64,000 nt of DNA, from positions 868,001 to 932,000 of the forward strand of contig CDRNST010000097.1 of assembly GCA_977016875.1 (NCBI GenBank), given 5' to 3'. The translations under genes were made by a program, and so were the position numbers. This stretch comes from Pavona decussata (Eukaryota). The notes under the pieces are model-generated. The model had not been told where the DNA came from and did not search any database. It saw only the letters and a program-made list of their open reading frames with translations. Below are positions 48,976 to 62,152 of the stretch, piece by piece (positions within the stretch are counted from its first letter, which is position 1; every line of letters starts with the position of its first letter).

Positions 48976-51900
48976 TATTGGTTGCACCTTTAAATGTTTT
49001 TGGACAAAAATATTTTGAGTGAAGATTTCTCCACGATGATCTTAGAACTTTTTAAAACTTTGCAGTTTTGTTGAAAACCGCTGTATGTTGTTCCCCTTCC
49101 AAATTTATTGTCGACATCCGGGACTTAAAGTAATATGGAAAACACGAGCAAGAAATGGCAAGGATTTTCTCTTCAAAAAGCGTGAGTTTGAAAAGCTAAT
49201 CGAATATTTTTTGCCGTTATAACTGTAGCGTTGTTAGGCTAGTGATCGATTAGTCGAGAAGTGCGATTTTGGGTTGGATTTCCGGACTCAATGTCATAAA
49301 TAATTTCCAAATGTCACACTTGTTTAGTCGGATCCCAGGTCATGTTTCATTTCACTCAGATGTCAGTGTCATGTCTAATTCCAAAGAAAAGCCCCTCTTT
49401 TCTCTTGCATAGTATTTTCTGGCCTAACTTTCTTGTGATGAGCCGTAACTTAAGTATTGTTAATGACTGGCATATTCTTTCAGCCTAGAAAGTCTCAAAA
49501 TGTGCTCAATTTCTGTAGCTACCTTTTGGAAAATCAGCTCAGATATAACAAGAATTTTTCAAAATGAAATATTTTTCCAGTCCAAATACTGAAAGAGCTG
49601 TCCATTCTAGCCCTTTAAGTTTCCAAATTCAAATTTCAATTTTCATCTACGCTGAAAAAATTAAGAGTCTTGCCTGACTAAAAAAGCCTAAATTTTCATT
49701 TTTCTTCAATTTGTTATCTATTAAAGCCAATGTTGACCTAAATTGTTTTTTCTGTAAAATATATATTTTTTAAAAAATCAAATATTTGGGTAGAAGAAGT
49801 ATCAAGTTTAAAAATTTACGAAGGATGTAAAAAAAGGAAAGAGAAAGAAAAACAATCGATCAAAGAAAAAATTGTCCCCCCCCTTCCCCCCCAAAAAAGG
49901 GAATTCAATTGCTTGTGAACGGGGGCTGAACTCCCTTCGTCTTAAGACACAGGACTTAAATTTTAAACGACTGCAGAGATAAGGCCGTCATGTGTTTAAG
50001 TCAACAAGCGAGCGCTTATATTCACTAGGCCACGGAGGCTTTGTGTTTTAAAGAGACTCAAAAATTACCTAGAAGTAGGTTGTGGGTTCTATTGTTTTCA
50101 GTGAATTCATTAAAAGCGTTTATTAGTCACATTTATTCATAGTCCTTGTGGAGTGCAAGATAGGTCCTACAAGCGTGCAAAGTGAAATGACATGACAAAA
50201 ATAACGACGTTCGCCACAAAATTTGTCCGAGACTCTTCGATTATTTTAAAGTTTTCAGAAACAAAAGATATATTGGATTCGAGAAGAAAATTAAAACATC
50301 AAATCCAGAAGACTTCAAACTGATGCTGAGAGGATATTTTGCGTAAATTACAAATTCTGATGTGCCTTTTTTTAACGATCAGTTTAAATTTGTTTGGATT
50401 AGTTTGCTATCAAAGCTTCATCCGTTACGAGCTAAAATTCATTGCTGTTTCAACGTGGGGTATTTCTGGGGACAAAAACATCAACATATTTAACAACTCA
50501 CGTAAAGAACAACTCACGTACAGAGACAGCGGTCCGTTTTTTTCCGGTAAATGAGATGATTTTGGGCAACGTCAATTTGGTTAAAGAGTTGAGATTTTTA
50601 CCTATACAACCAACCAGCTCGGTTTAGTTGTTTCAAGAGCGGTTTATTGATTTCACGACAGATACAGTTTATTAAACGCAAAATTTTAATTTTACTTGAA
50701 ACTTAAGCAATATATTAAAACTTCAAAATTACTCTGGCGACATAATAGTTTGAGTTTTGATAGTATAAATCGATTGCTTGGAACAGTAAAGTTTCTTCTG
50801 TGAGCAAAAAGTAGAATTTGTACACCACGTAAACAGAAAGACGTGTAATTACCTTAGCCTGCTGTACAATGGATTTATTATATCATGTCATTATGGTTGC
50901 GTTCCTTTCCTCTCCTTTCAGTTATATTCATCCGCCCATCACAAACTAGATTTCGTTCGACAGGAACATGGAAAATAAAGGAGAAATGTGCCAAAAAGAA
51001 GAAGGACTGCCCACGTCACTGTAAATATGATATCTCCTATTTAAATCTAGACGAAGCAAGCCAGAAGTTCCAAAATAAATTAGGGCCAATCTATTCAGTT
51101 CAAGCCTAAGAATTTACCAGGATCATTTCAACGATCTGTTTAATTAATGAATCACGAAATCGCTGATTTTTCCTATGCAAATTATTGGTGTCAAAATAAT
51201 TTGAATTGAAATTTCTGTACAGAACACTTGAAAATATAACACGCAGCGAGTCAAAATCCTAGTCGATGCATTTTTTGGATTGAATTTTTATTAACACGCT
51301 AGTTTAAGCTCGAAATCAGTCGACGATTATTTCAATTTTCCACCTCGCTGGTCAATTTTTGAACTTCTTGCTTAATACGTTAGCAAATGCATGATCAGAG
51401 CTCGCGTTGCAGCCAGCAATTATCTATTTTCCCTTGAAGTAAATATCTCGCCTCGATTTTCTCCAAATTGGCTCAAAACCTGAACACACTTTGAACATTT
51501 CAAGACCAAACGCAGTGAACAGGAATCTTTTGGAGTAAAGTATTTTCATGTAGTCAATGATTTATACTGATGCAATGAAAATGCGAATCTTGCTTCGTGC
51601 ATTTGTCTTTAATTCCACCAAAACGAATTTTCAGTACACATTTGTTTGCCAACAAATGTTCGCGCAACCAGATTAAGTTTTCTGTAATTTTTCCCTTAAT
51701 TTTTTTATCTTGTTGAGACGAAGATGACTTTCTCAAAACCTCGGGAACAAAATTTATTTTGACAAGTTTGCTTCAGCCGATTTGTAAGCCTTATCTCATT
51801 TACTGATCCAAAACAAATTTTCAACTATTTTTGTCTTAATATTTTCATGGTTTAAAGTTGTTTCAAGCTTCGGTAATATTGTTGTCACGCAACTATAATG

Positions 51901-52689
51901 ACTTCTTATTTCTTTAATTTATTACTCTAATTTTAGTTTTTATTATCGCTTTTGGAATCGTCTCTGACTTTATCTACTGGTTAATTACTACTACCTCAGT
52001 AAGCAAAGCAGTTGTAAATATTAAGACAACTTTATTGTTTGTAATCTTCAATAATAAAAACAAATGAAACAATAAAACACCATTGTTGAATCAACTTGTG
52101 TTTATTACTTGCAGTATATTCAATAGCAGCATTACAATAGCATTGCTTATTATGGGTTATTAGTCATTTTGTAGGCTATCTCTTTTACTTTTTTTTGCCT
52201 AGGTAGGGTCGCCGACCGGGAAAAAAATTTCTGCACTTTTAATAGGGCTCTGGTAGAAATTCAGAAAAATAGTTGTTTTTTTGAAGGGCTAAATCTGTCC
52301 CAAAACTCCGTACAGATTTTTCCCGCCAAAAGACTTACTATTTTTTTTTCACTTCAAACCAGACCCAAGTCAAAAGCGCAGCCCTTTTTTCCCAAGAAGA
52401 CAAATCGATGCATAAAAGACTTAACTTAGCTAACCCTTATTGCAGATCCTTTTAAAAGCGCAAGCAAAGACTTAAGGTGGATTTGTTTGAGGCATACGTG
52501 TATAGACTTAACATCACCAATATAGGTGCAATTTCTAGAAATAAATCCACTCCAAGTATATGCTCTAATTTACAACTATTGCTAAACCAGAATTAACTGT
52601 ACCTAGTCATTGGTGAAAAAACTCTGAAAAATGCTTTCAATCCTTTCATTCTATAGTACACCTTTTTGCTTATAAACCTGTTCCAGCTT

Positions 52690-53110
52690 TTCGGTCTATG
52701 AATGAACCGTCAAACCTTGCTGTGGTGTTATTTATGCTGTGCAGAGTGATTCTACCTTTTGGGTCTGTGGATGAAATTCTAAACTGTAGGCATTCAAATG
52801 AAAGCTACTAAGCAGTACATTCTTGTGGCGCTGTTTATTTTGCTGTACAAGACGGTTCTAACTTTTGAGTCTGTGAATGAAATTTTAAAGTGTGACCATT
52901 CAAATAAAAGCTACTGAGCAGTACTTCCCTGTGGTGATGTTTATTATGCGGTACAAGGTGGTTCTAACTTTTGAGTCTGTGAATGAAATTCTAAACTGCA
53001 AGCATTCAAATGAAAGCTACAGAGTAGTACTTTCCTGTGGTGCTGTTTATTATGCTTTGCAAATTGGTTCTGACTTATCAGTCTGTGGATGAAATCCTGT
53101 GATTATTAAA
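52690..53110 (-). repeat. 106-bp satellite family, ~4 units in reverse orientation
   Basis: ttcaaatgaaagctact.agcagtac.ttcctgtggtgctgtttatt repeated. Confidence 0.85.
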
Positions 53111-54374
53111 TGAAAACTCCTGCCTCGTTGTTTTCTGTATGAGAAAGTTGTGTTTAGGGTTTAATTGCCTGGATTACACCGACGTAAAGTGATCAAAGTT
53201 GGTGAGTAATATGTGTGTTAGTAATAAATTTTCAAAATGAAGGAAAACAAAATTTGAAATATATACATTAAGGCACTGTTAAATGAAAAGATTAAAATAA
53301 CTTGGCCCCCGGCAAGAACACAACTTATGTTTAACTTTATTTTGCTGAAATCATTCCTTTTTGTGACACAATACAATTCGTGTCAGAAACGCACGCCAAT
53401 TTTTTGTTGTTGTTTTCTTTTTAAATACACATTTTCATTATAAATTAATTCATTTCCTGTCGCGTTTTTGCTCGGCACCTGTCTCAGTAATTTACCCTAC
53501 TGCCTTTTATTTTTAATAGGATAAACCTTGCAATTGAGCAAGCAAAATTGTTCAGTAAAAGACTCTTTACACAGAAAAGAACGAAACAAACTCACGTTTT
53601 GTTTTTCATTTCTTATACTTTAAGAGAGACTTTTATCAAAATTATTTTGCTTGCTAAGATCGATAATCCATATTGTTGAAAACTTTTATACTTTTCACCA
53701 AGATGACCTTTCATTAATCTCTGTTTTTCATTTTTAGATCTCAAAGTAGATTACAAACTGCATTTTCATAATGGTTAAGGGGTAGACAAGCTATGATACG
53801 ATGTCTAAAATTGCTCTCTTTAAACGTGTCGTTAAATTTTCCTGTCCATCTGAAAAAATGTTGGTTTGGACGAAATATGGACATCTGCTGATGGAGTTGA
53901 ATAAAAGGTTAAAGTGAAAATGCTTATTTGGTTATGTATTCCTTTCATTTCTTTGGCATTCAGTTTCCACGCACCTAGCATTGTGCTGTAAATTTTTATT
54001 TCGTTGTGTCATCGACTGTCAGTATTTGTCTTAAGAAACACGGTTTTTAGTCATTGAAACTCATTTTCCAGGAAGTTCATCAAATGGGACACCGACACTT
54101 TTAATTGTGGTGTTCGTTGCGAAAGGTGAAAACAGTATCCTCATGTAAATTAAAGGCTTGAGAGCATTTGATAATAATTATAACTTCATTCTATTTCCCT
54201 ACTGCTTCACAGTGCAATATTCCAATACAACTAACCTCCAGGTAAAAATGATGAAATTCAATGGAATCTAAAATAGTTCATTTTGTTGTTGAAAATATCG
54301 CACCCCTTGTTTTCTTACTTTGATTAGTCTGTCAACTGAAGTCGTACAGGTGAGAGAAAACCAAAAAATACATA

Positions 54375-54720
54375 TTTTTTGGTAAATGGTTTGAAACCAC
54401 AAATATTAGTAGTCTATCTGGAATGATTGTCTGGATGAGAGTAGTCCTTAAAAAATATTGTTGTTAAGTAAATGGTTTGAGGCCAGGAGTATGATAGTCT
54501 GACGGTCTAGTGTGATTGTCTGGGTGACAGTAGTTCTTTAAAACCTGTCCTTTAATAAATGGCTTAAACCCATACCTATTAGTAGTCTGTCTAATGTGAT
54601 TGCCTGGGTGAAAATAGCTCTTAGTAAGACTATTGTTTAGTTAGTAAGTGTTTTGAAACCAACAGTATCAGTAGTCTGTTTAGCGCGATCGCTTTGGTCA
54701 GAGAGTAGTCCTTAAAAACG
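54375..54720 (-). repeat. ~87-bp tandem repeat (4 units) resembling the 3' end of the Penelope-like LTR
   Basis: taaatggtttga..tagtct..gattgtctggg.ga.agtagtcctt at ~54383, 54469, 54556, 54644; its reverse complement resembles 26400-26475. Confidence 0.6.
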
Positions 54721-54759
54721 GTATCAATTGGTACTTTTTTTACTCTGTAGTAATATCAA

Positions 54760-57700
54760 TTGTCAGTCAAGTGTGAGAGTGTAATTATTCAGTCACCTAG
54801 TCAGCCATTGGCCTCTCAGTCAGTCAGTCAGTCAGTCAGTCAGTCAGTCATGATCAGTCAGTCAGTCAGTCAGTCAGTCAGATAGTTAGTCTTTGAACAG
54901 TGAATCGCTCAGTCATTTAGTTTGTCAGTACGTGTGTTGACGATCGAGTCATTCGATCAGCCATTTGGTTATTTAGTACAACATTTCTTCAGTGTATCAG
55001 ACGATCAGAAAGTCCTTCACTCCGCCACGCAGCTTGTCAGTCAGTCAGCCAGGTAGGAGGCCAGCCAGTCAGTCAATCTCTCACTGACAAGATCAGATGA
55101 CCAGTTCAGTTAACCGGCCAGTCAGTCATTTGAGTCAGATGATCAGTCACTTAGTCAGATCGTAAATCAGAGATTCAGACGATCAGCCAGTCAGTCAGTC
55201 ATTCATTTAGTCAGCCAGTCAGTTAAGTCTCTCCAACGATCAGTCAACCCGTCACTTATTCACTCCGCAAGTCAGCCAACCAGCTAGTTAACCAGTCAGT
55301 CAGTAAGTCAGATGGTCAGAGCAAGTTAGTCAGTCAGGAAGTCAGTTAGCCATTCAGCTAGGCGATCAGCCAGTCATCCAGAGTCTGCCAGAAATGTTAG
55401 TTAGTAAACCAGTTGATCAGAAGAATCAGATGACCAGCCAGTGACCCGATCAGTCATTCGTCAGGTAATCAGCCAGGCATCCAGTCAGTCCGTCAGACCA
55501 TCAAGCGATTAGCCAGTCAGTCAGTCGTCAAGCAGTCAGTCCGTCCGCCAGGCATTAAATCTGTCACACGATCAGCCAATCAGTCAGTCGGCTAGTCAGC
55601 CGATCTTTCAGTCAGTCAGTCAGACATAAGACAATCAGCCAGTTGATCAGTCACTCTGCCAGCCAGTCAGACGATCAAACAATCATGTAGTCAGTCATTA
55701 GTCAGCTGGATGACAAGTCAACCAGACAGTCTGCCAGTCTGTGATTTAGCTAGTCTATCAGTCAGTGAGATGACCTACTATTTGGTAGTTGCGTCTATCA
55801 GTCAGTGAACCAGACAGTAGGCCTGTCAGTCAGTTATACGTTAAACCAGTCCGTCTGTCAGCCAGTTTGTCAATCAGTTCCTCAAACGATCAGACGACCA
55901 GCCAGTCAGCCTGCCTTTCAGTCAGAGAGAATCAGACGAATAGCCAATCAGTCAGACCCAAGACGGTCATTCGTTAGTGAGTGGGATGATCAGCTAGTCC
56001 GCCAGTCAGTGACAATTAGTCAGTCCTTCAGATGATCAGGTGAGCAGCAAGTTGAAAGGTCAGTCAGCCAGTGAGACGATAAGATGATCACCCCAACAGC
56101 CAGTCGGTCGGTCGGTCGGTCGGTCAGTCAGTCAGTCAGTCAGTCGGCAAGCCAGTCAGATAGTCAATAAGTCAGTAAGTCAGTCAGATGATCCGCTAGT
56201 CAGTCAGTCAGACGGTCAGTGAGTCAGTGAGAAGGTAGTCAGTACGGAAGTTTTTCAGTAAGTCCTCTTTTCGGATTGTTTTACTAAGAGACTACTGATT
56301 AGGATAAAACAGTTATCTTTTAAACTTTTTTATCCTATCGTCAGTCGTTTAGTCAGTCAGTCAGTCAGTCAGTCAGTCAGTCAGTCAGTCAGTCAGTCAG
56401 TCAGTCAGACAGCCAGCTAGCCTGTCAGTTAGTCCGTAAGCCTATTTGATGATCCACCAGTCAGTTGGTTAGCTTGTCAGCTAGCTAGTCATACAATCAT
56501 CCAATCAGTCAGCCATTCAACCAGTCAGTCAGACGATAAACCAGTCAGTCAGACAATCAGCCAGCTAGTTGTTAGTCAGTTTGACAATCAGCCAATCAGC
56601 CAGCCTCCCAGTCATTCAGTTAGTCAGTCAGTCACTCAGATGATCACATGACCTGCCAGTCAGCCGGTCAGAGAATCAGATGATCAGCCAGTCAGTGAGC
56701 CGGTAGGCTGATCAGCTTATTAAGCTGATTTAGCAACAGAACGAGAACGTCATTTGAGGACGCGAGAGCGTGCGGAATAGTCTGGATGCGAGTCTATTTT
56801 GACTATATATGGGCATTCTTGATGCGCGCGCCGTTGCAAACTTCCCTTTCGTAAACGGTCGTTGCCGTTTGAAACGGTCGATTGCATTTTTGACAATAGT
56901 CGTTGCCATTTGAAACGGCCGATGCCATTCCTCATGACGGTCGATGCCATCGTAAAGGTCGCTGCCAAGAAGGAACCGATATTTCCGACTGTCTCCGACG
57001 ACATGCGTGACCATCAGAGCAATGCGTGACTAGCTTTCCGACAAGCCATCGCGATTTTTATCAAATCAAAATGGCGGACAAACCCGACAATTTTCTCAAA
57101 GATCTAATATCTTCAGCTATAAAAGAAGTCGAATCGAAAAGTAAATCTTTTGAATCGACCGAAATTACAAAGGAGAGTTTTCTGGCTTCGCTGCCAGATG
57201 ATTCATTTTACTACCTGAAGGCAATTTCAGGAAATGGAGAAAAGTTCAAGGTGCACTTTTTGACCGAAGATATAATGAAAGAAAACCTGGAGCAGGGGAT
57301 ATCCGAATAAGAAGTGATAAACAGCATCTCAGTGAAGTTAAAGACAAAGAAGGCACCAACAAGCGGCTATGTGTTGCAAAACTACTATAGATGCCAACAC
57401 AACACTCGCAACTGGAGTCCAAGTAAAGATCCACAGCAGAAATTGTACTTGAACCCATCTGACGTTCGAGCGTGCCAACCGCGTACGAGCTATTCACGAG
57501 GGCTGTCGTCTGCTCGGCTAGTTTTCGAAATGGCATCAACCGTTTTCAATGGCAACGACCGTTGTGAGAAATGGCATCGACCGTTTCAAATGGCAACGAC
57601 CGTTTACGAAAGGGAAATTTGCCGCGCCGTTGTCAACTGACGTTCCCGTTCTGTTGCTAAATCAGCCTATTAGAAAGTCTGCCCGTCAGTCAGTCAGTTA

Positions 57701-59450
57701 GTCAATCCGTCCTTCAGACGATCAGCTGAGTAGCTGGTCAGCCCATCAGTCAGGCAGTTAGTCAATCAGTCCATGAGACGATCAGATGACCAGCAAGCCA
57801 GCAGGTTGGTAAGTCGTGTTAGTCAGACGATCAGCTAGTCAGCCATTCGGCCAATCAGTCAGTCAGTATAGTGCCAGTCAGACAATCAGACTATCAGTAA
57901 GTTAGTCAGCCAGACCAACATTCAATCATCTAGTCAGTTAATCAGAGAATCAGTCAGCCAGTCAGTCAGTCAGTCAGTCAGTCAGTCAGTCAGTCAGTCA
58001 GTCAGTCCATAAGTCTATCTGATGATCCACCAGTCAGTTGGTCAGCCAGTCAGACATCAGACAATAAGCCAGTCGGTCAGCCAATCAGTCAGACGATAAA
58101 CCAGTCAGTCAGGAAGAAAATCAGCTGGTCAGTCATTAGTCAGTGTGACGATCCGTCAATCAGGCAGCCTGTCATTCATTCAGTTAGTCAATCAGTCTTT
58201 CAGACGATCATATAAAAAGCTAGCTATCCGGTCAAATCAGAAACTCAGCTGATCGGTCAGTCACACGATCAGACGATCAGCCAGTCAGTTGTTGGTCGGT
58301 GAGCTAATCAGCTAAACAGCTGGTCTGCCTGTTAGTCAGTTTGTCATCAGTCACTCAGACAGTCGGTCATGTCAGCCAGACGGAAAGCCCGCCACTCAGT
58401 TGAAGAATCAAAAGATTAGCCAGTTAGGTAGCCATTCAGTCAGTAAGTCATACGATCAACCAGTAAGTCATTAACCAGTGGGCTGATGAGCTAAGCCGCT
58501 AGTCTTCCAGTCATTCAGTCAGTTAATTAATCTGTCCTTAAGACGATTTGGCAGTCAGTCAGTCATACTAGTCAGATCATCAGCCAGTCAGCCAGCGAGG
58601 TGATTAGACGACTGTGCCATCAACTAGTCGGTCAAACAGTCAGAGAGTCAGCCAGACACTCATTTAGTCAGTCAGCCAGTCAGTCAGTTCGTGAGTCATT
58701 CACACGATGACCGATCAAACAATGGGATGATCAGCTAATGACCGGCAAGTAAGCTGGTCAGTCATTCGTGTGATACAGAAGATCAGCTAGTCGCCTGTCA
58801 GCCAGTGAGACGATCAGACAATCACCCCGTCGACCAGTCAGTCAGAGAGCCAGTCAAACAACCAGACGATCAGTAAGTTAGTCAGGCAAGCAGACATTCA
58901 GTCAGTCAGACAATTAGTCAAATAGTCAGAAAACCCGTCAGTCAGTCAGTCATTCAGTCAGTCCGTCAGTCAGTCAGTCAGTCAGTCAGTCAGTCGATCA
59001 GTCAGTCGATCAGTCAGTCAAACGATCAGACAGTCAGTTAGTCATTGGGCCAGTTCAGTGAGTCAGTCAGACATTCAGCCAGCAAGTCACTCAGTCAGAT
59101 GATCAGCCATTCTTTAGTCAGTCGTCGGTCACGATTATATCACCAGCCAGTCGGCCAGTCAGTCTTTCACGTGCGTCAGACGATCAGACAATCACCCGGT
59201 CATTCATTCAGTCATTCAGCCAGTCAGTCAGCCAGTCAGTCATCCAGCCAGCTAGTCAGACAATTGACCACTTAGTAAGCTATTCATTCAGTCGGCAATT
59301 CAGTAAGTCAGTCGGTCAGTCAGTCAGTCAGTCAGTTAGTCAGCGAGACGATCACTTGCTCAGCAGTCAATCTGGCAGTCAGCCAGTCAGTCAGACGAAC
59401 AAACAGTCAATCAGTGAGCCAGTTAGTTACTGAAGCAGTCATTCAATAGT
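54760..59450 (+). repeat. Large (CAGT)n-derived degenerate satellite with a recurring cagacgatcag motif
   Basis: Pure CAGT runs (e.g. 54817-54880, 56350-56407, 57959-58006) in ~4.6 kb of degenerate variants; internal duplication of ~56430-56700 at ~58000-58290. Confidence 0.92.
56723..57667 (+). mobile_element. Internally deleted TIR DNA transposon with subterminal repeats and a broken ORF
   Basis: TIR agctgatttagcaacagaacgagaacgtca / tgacgttcccgttctgttgctaaatcagcc; flanking direct repeat TATTA (56718-56722, 57668-57672); ~20-bp subterminal repeats aaacggtcgttgccatt; ORF from ATG 57071 with an in-frame TAA at 57308, continuing to YYRCQHNTR. Confidence 0.85.
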
Positions 59451-59460
59451 TTCTGCTAGT

Positions 59461-59617
59461 TAAAGAACCCACTCACTGTTCGCAAAGAGTAGGGGACGTA
59501 GTTCCTGGTGTTGTGGTCTGGTCTTTGTGTGTATACTCTCATGGTGGGCGCATTTGATCATCACGTCATGTTAAAATGCACGTTACAAGTATAAAAGTAT
59601 TCAGTATTCATTCAGTA
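59461..59617 (+). mobile_element. 5'-truncated SINE with a Deu/Nin-like domain and 10-bp TSD
   Basis: TTCTGCTAGT at 59451-59460 and 59618-59627; taaagaacccactcactgttcgcaaagagtagggg..cctggtgt resembles the Deu/Nin core as I recall it; (gtattca)n tail. Confidence 0.7.
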
Positions 59618-59994
59618 TTCTGCTAGTCAATTGTAGATGGCTAGGCAGACGCAGCACGTACCTTGTACGGTGGGTTCTGAGAAGTGCCCTTCAAGTAGGG
59701 TCTTGTGGCTGTTGTAACAAGTTTTGTTGTGTATAGCGTTTGGTAGTGCGTCAAAGTCGATATAATGTTTCTCGTCCTGAAAACTTTTTTGCCTGCAAAG
59801 ATGAAAGACTACTTATAAAGCTTAACGTATATTTCAACAGTTGTTCTCTGCTGATGAGACTTTGCATTCCATTTGGAACCACAATGAAATTATTCAGGTA
59901 GACGGTACCTTGAAGGTGGTTATACATCATCGGGGCTGCACTGTATATTAAAAGTAAACATTTTGTTTAAGTTCGAAGGCTTCCACTAAAAGTA

Positions 59995-60205
59995 CCATAT
60001 TTACCCGTATAAGTAGGTCACTCCTGGGCATAAGCCGCACCCTAAAGCGCATGGAAATCATAACTTTTAGACTCTTTGTGCCTGCATATAAACCGCGCTC
60101 CGATTTCAAAAGCTCTTTGCCGAAAACTGTTGTGTTTATATTAGCCGTAGGGATAACCTTAGATTTTGTTTTCTAATAACAGGACTTATTCGCGGGTATA
60201 TACGG
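59995..60205. mobile_element. pogo-like MITE
   Basis: TA|ccatatttacccgtataagt ... acttattcgcgggtatatacgg, with internal ataagccgca repeats. Confidence 0.6.
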
Positions 60206-61399
60206 CAGTCTTAAGCTGCGTACGGTATCTACCTCTCTATCTTGTCCATTTATGGTGAGGATCAATGTAGTTTGCTTGGTACTAGTATCTGAAGTTTTCT
60301 TGTATCCTGCATGCAATGAAACAGAGAACAATGATCAATAAGTGCAAACATTTTCGGGAAATCCAAACGTTTAGAGCTAATACCAATAAGATCGTATTGG
60401 GATCATGGGCTGATGGTCCCTGTGTGGTCGCCAGCTGAGGGAGCGGGCCGGGGATGGCGCATTGCCGGTGATAGCATTTGTCTTCCTCCAATATGCTTGG
60501 GTCTGATTTTCGGAGTTGATGCCTTATGCATGTTGATGCCATATGCATTTTGGCTCTCGTTTTTGTGTTTCAAGGGTTTTTCTCAAAAAAATTTTTTTTT
60601 TAGCGACTTCAATTCGACCAGGAAACGGTAAATGAATACACTCTGTGATATACCACTCTATAAAATTACTTTTACTTTATTCTAAAAAGTTGGGGAGACT
60701 GGTTGACTCAATTGATACCCACCAGAATGAGTTGAAATTTTCATATAAAGCATCTTTACTTTTGTAAGCTCTATTAAACTAAACACAAACAATCAACTCA
60801 CCGTTTGAAAGAATGTCATGTAGAGGCTAATGTTGTTTCTTTTGATGTGTTTCTACTAGCTCCTTGTATGCCAACACTTTCCTAGAGAACAAAGCACACA
60901 GCATTGAACCAAGCATATAGATAAATATATATATAAAACGGCTAATCAATGCACTGCTTAAATAAGGTTAACTCTCCCCTGCTACTGCGAGCAATTTTCA
61001 TTTCTAACTAGGAAGTCTGGATAGCAGGAGACATTTCATAATTTTAATAAAAAATGTTGTGTCTTTTCTTAAAATTCCAACTAGGAAGTGTTTTCACTGG
61101 TTTAGTTTGAGGCCAGAGGGCATAACTATCGCCGGTTGTTTGGCATTTAAAATGTTTGTAGATACATAATCGTTGCTTAAAAGGAACCATTGAAAAAGAT
61201 GGGCTGATTGCCATAAAAGTAACAAGAACAAAGATTCTTCGATCAAAGGAATGGAATGTATGAAATTAATTTTTCCGCGCTTCCGCGGTCTCGTAATTTA
61301 AGCTTAAAAGCGAGTACAAAACTGAAAGGCTTCTAATTGTTTTTTTCGTGGCTGGCAGTCAGATCCTTTGTGGTGGGTATTAAAAAAGGGAAAAAAATT

Positions 61400-62152
61400 A
61401 ACGTCCCACATGTCTCCTGTTCTCCCCAGATGTCAGGGTTACCTAATATCCAGGGTTGCATAAAGTGCCTGGTGGGGATCAAATGTCTCAAATCTGCCTG
61501 ATCTCCCTCACCCCAGGGTGAGCTAATTAACCAGGATTGCATGAGGTTGCCTGGTGGGGGCATCAAATGTCCCACAACTCTATTGATCAACCCAAACCCC
61601 AGGGTTACTAATACCCAGGGTTGCATAAAGAGCCCGGAAGGGGATAATTTGTTCCACATCTGTCATGATCTCCATCCCCTCCACCCTAGGGCTACCTAAT
61701 GCTAAGGGTTACATGAAGATCCTGGAGGGGGACCAAATGTCCCACATCTGTCCTGATCTTCCCCCAACCCCAGAGTTACCTAATACCCATGCAGGGTTGC
61801 ATAAAGGGTCTGGTGGGGATCACATCTCTCACATCTGTCCTGATCTCCCCCCACTCTAGGGATACTTACATACCCAGGGTTGAATAAAGAGCCTGGTAGG
61901 GGATCAAATGTCCAACATCTGTCCTGATCTTCCCCCAACCCCAGAGTTACCTAATACCCAGGGTTTCATAAAGAGCCTGGTGGGGGATCAAATCTCTCAC
62001 ATCCCTTCTGATCTCCCCTCACCCCAGGATAACGTAATACCCAGGGTTGCATAAAGTGCCTGCCGGGGGATCAAATGTCCCACATCTGTCCTGATCTCCC
62101 CCCACTCTAGGGCTCCCTAATGCAAAGGGGTACATAAAGAGCCTGGTGGGGC
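61400..62152 (+). repeat. ~84-bp minisatellite, ~9 units
   Basis: cagggttgcataaag-like anchor at 61451, 61532, 61616, 61704, 61792, 61875, 61959, 62042, 62125. Confidence 0.92.

Noticed and set aside
49120-52480. Possible large non-autonomous DNA transposon with a degraded tRNA-like piece at ~49900-50040
   Set aside because: I could not find matching termini or a TSD.
48574-53092. ORFs with QMKATEQYFPVV-like peptides (also 36179-36376)
   Set aside because: Translations of the 106-bp satellite.
55789-59275. Ser/Gln/Val-rich ORFs in the CAGT tract
   Set aside because: Low-complexity translations of the satellite.
61400-62152. CRISPR-like array (also the 106-bp arrays)
   Set aside because: Whole units are repeated; there are no unique spacers.
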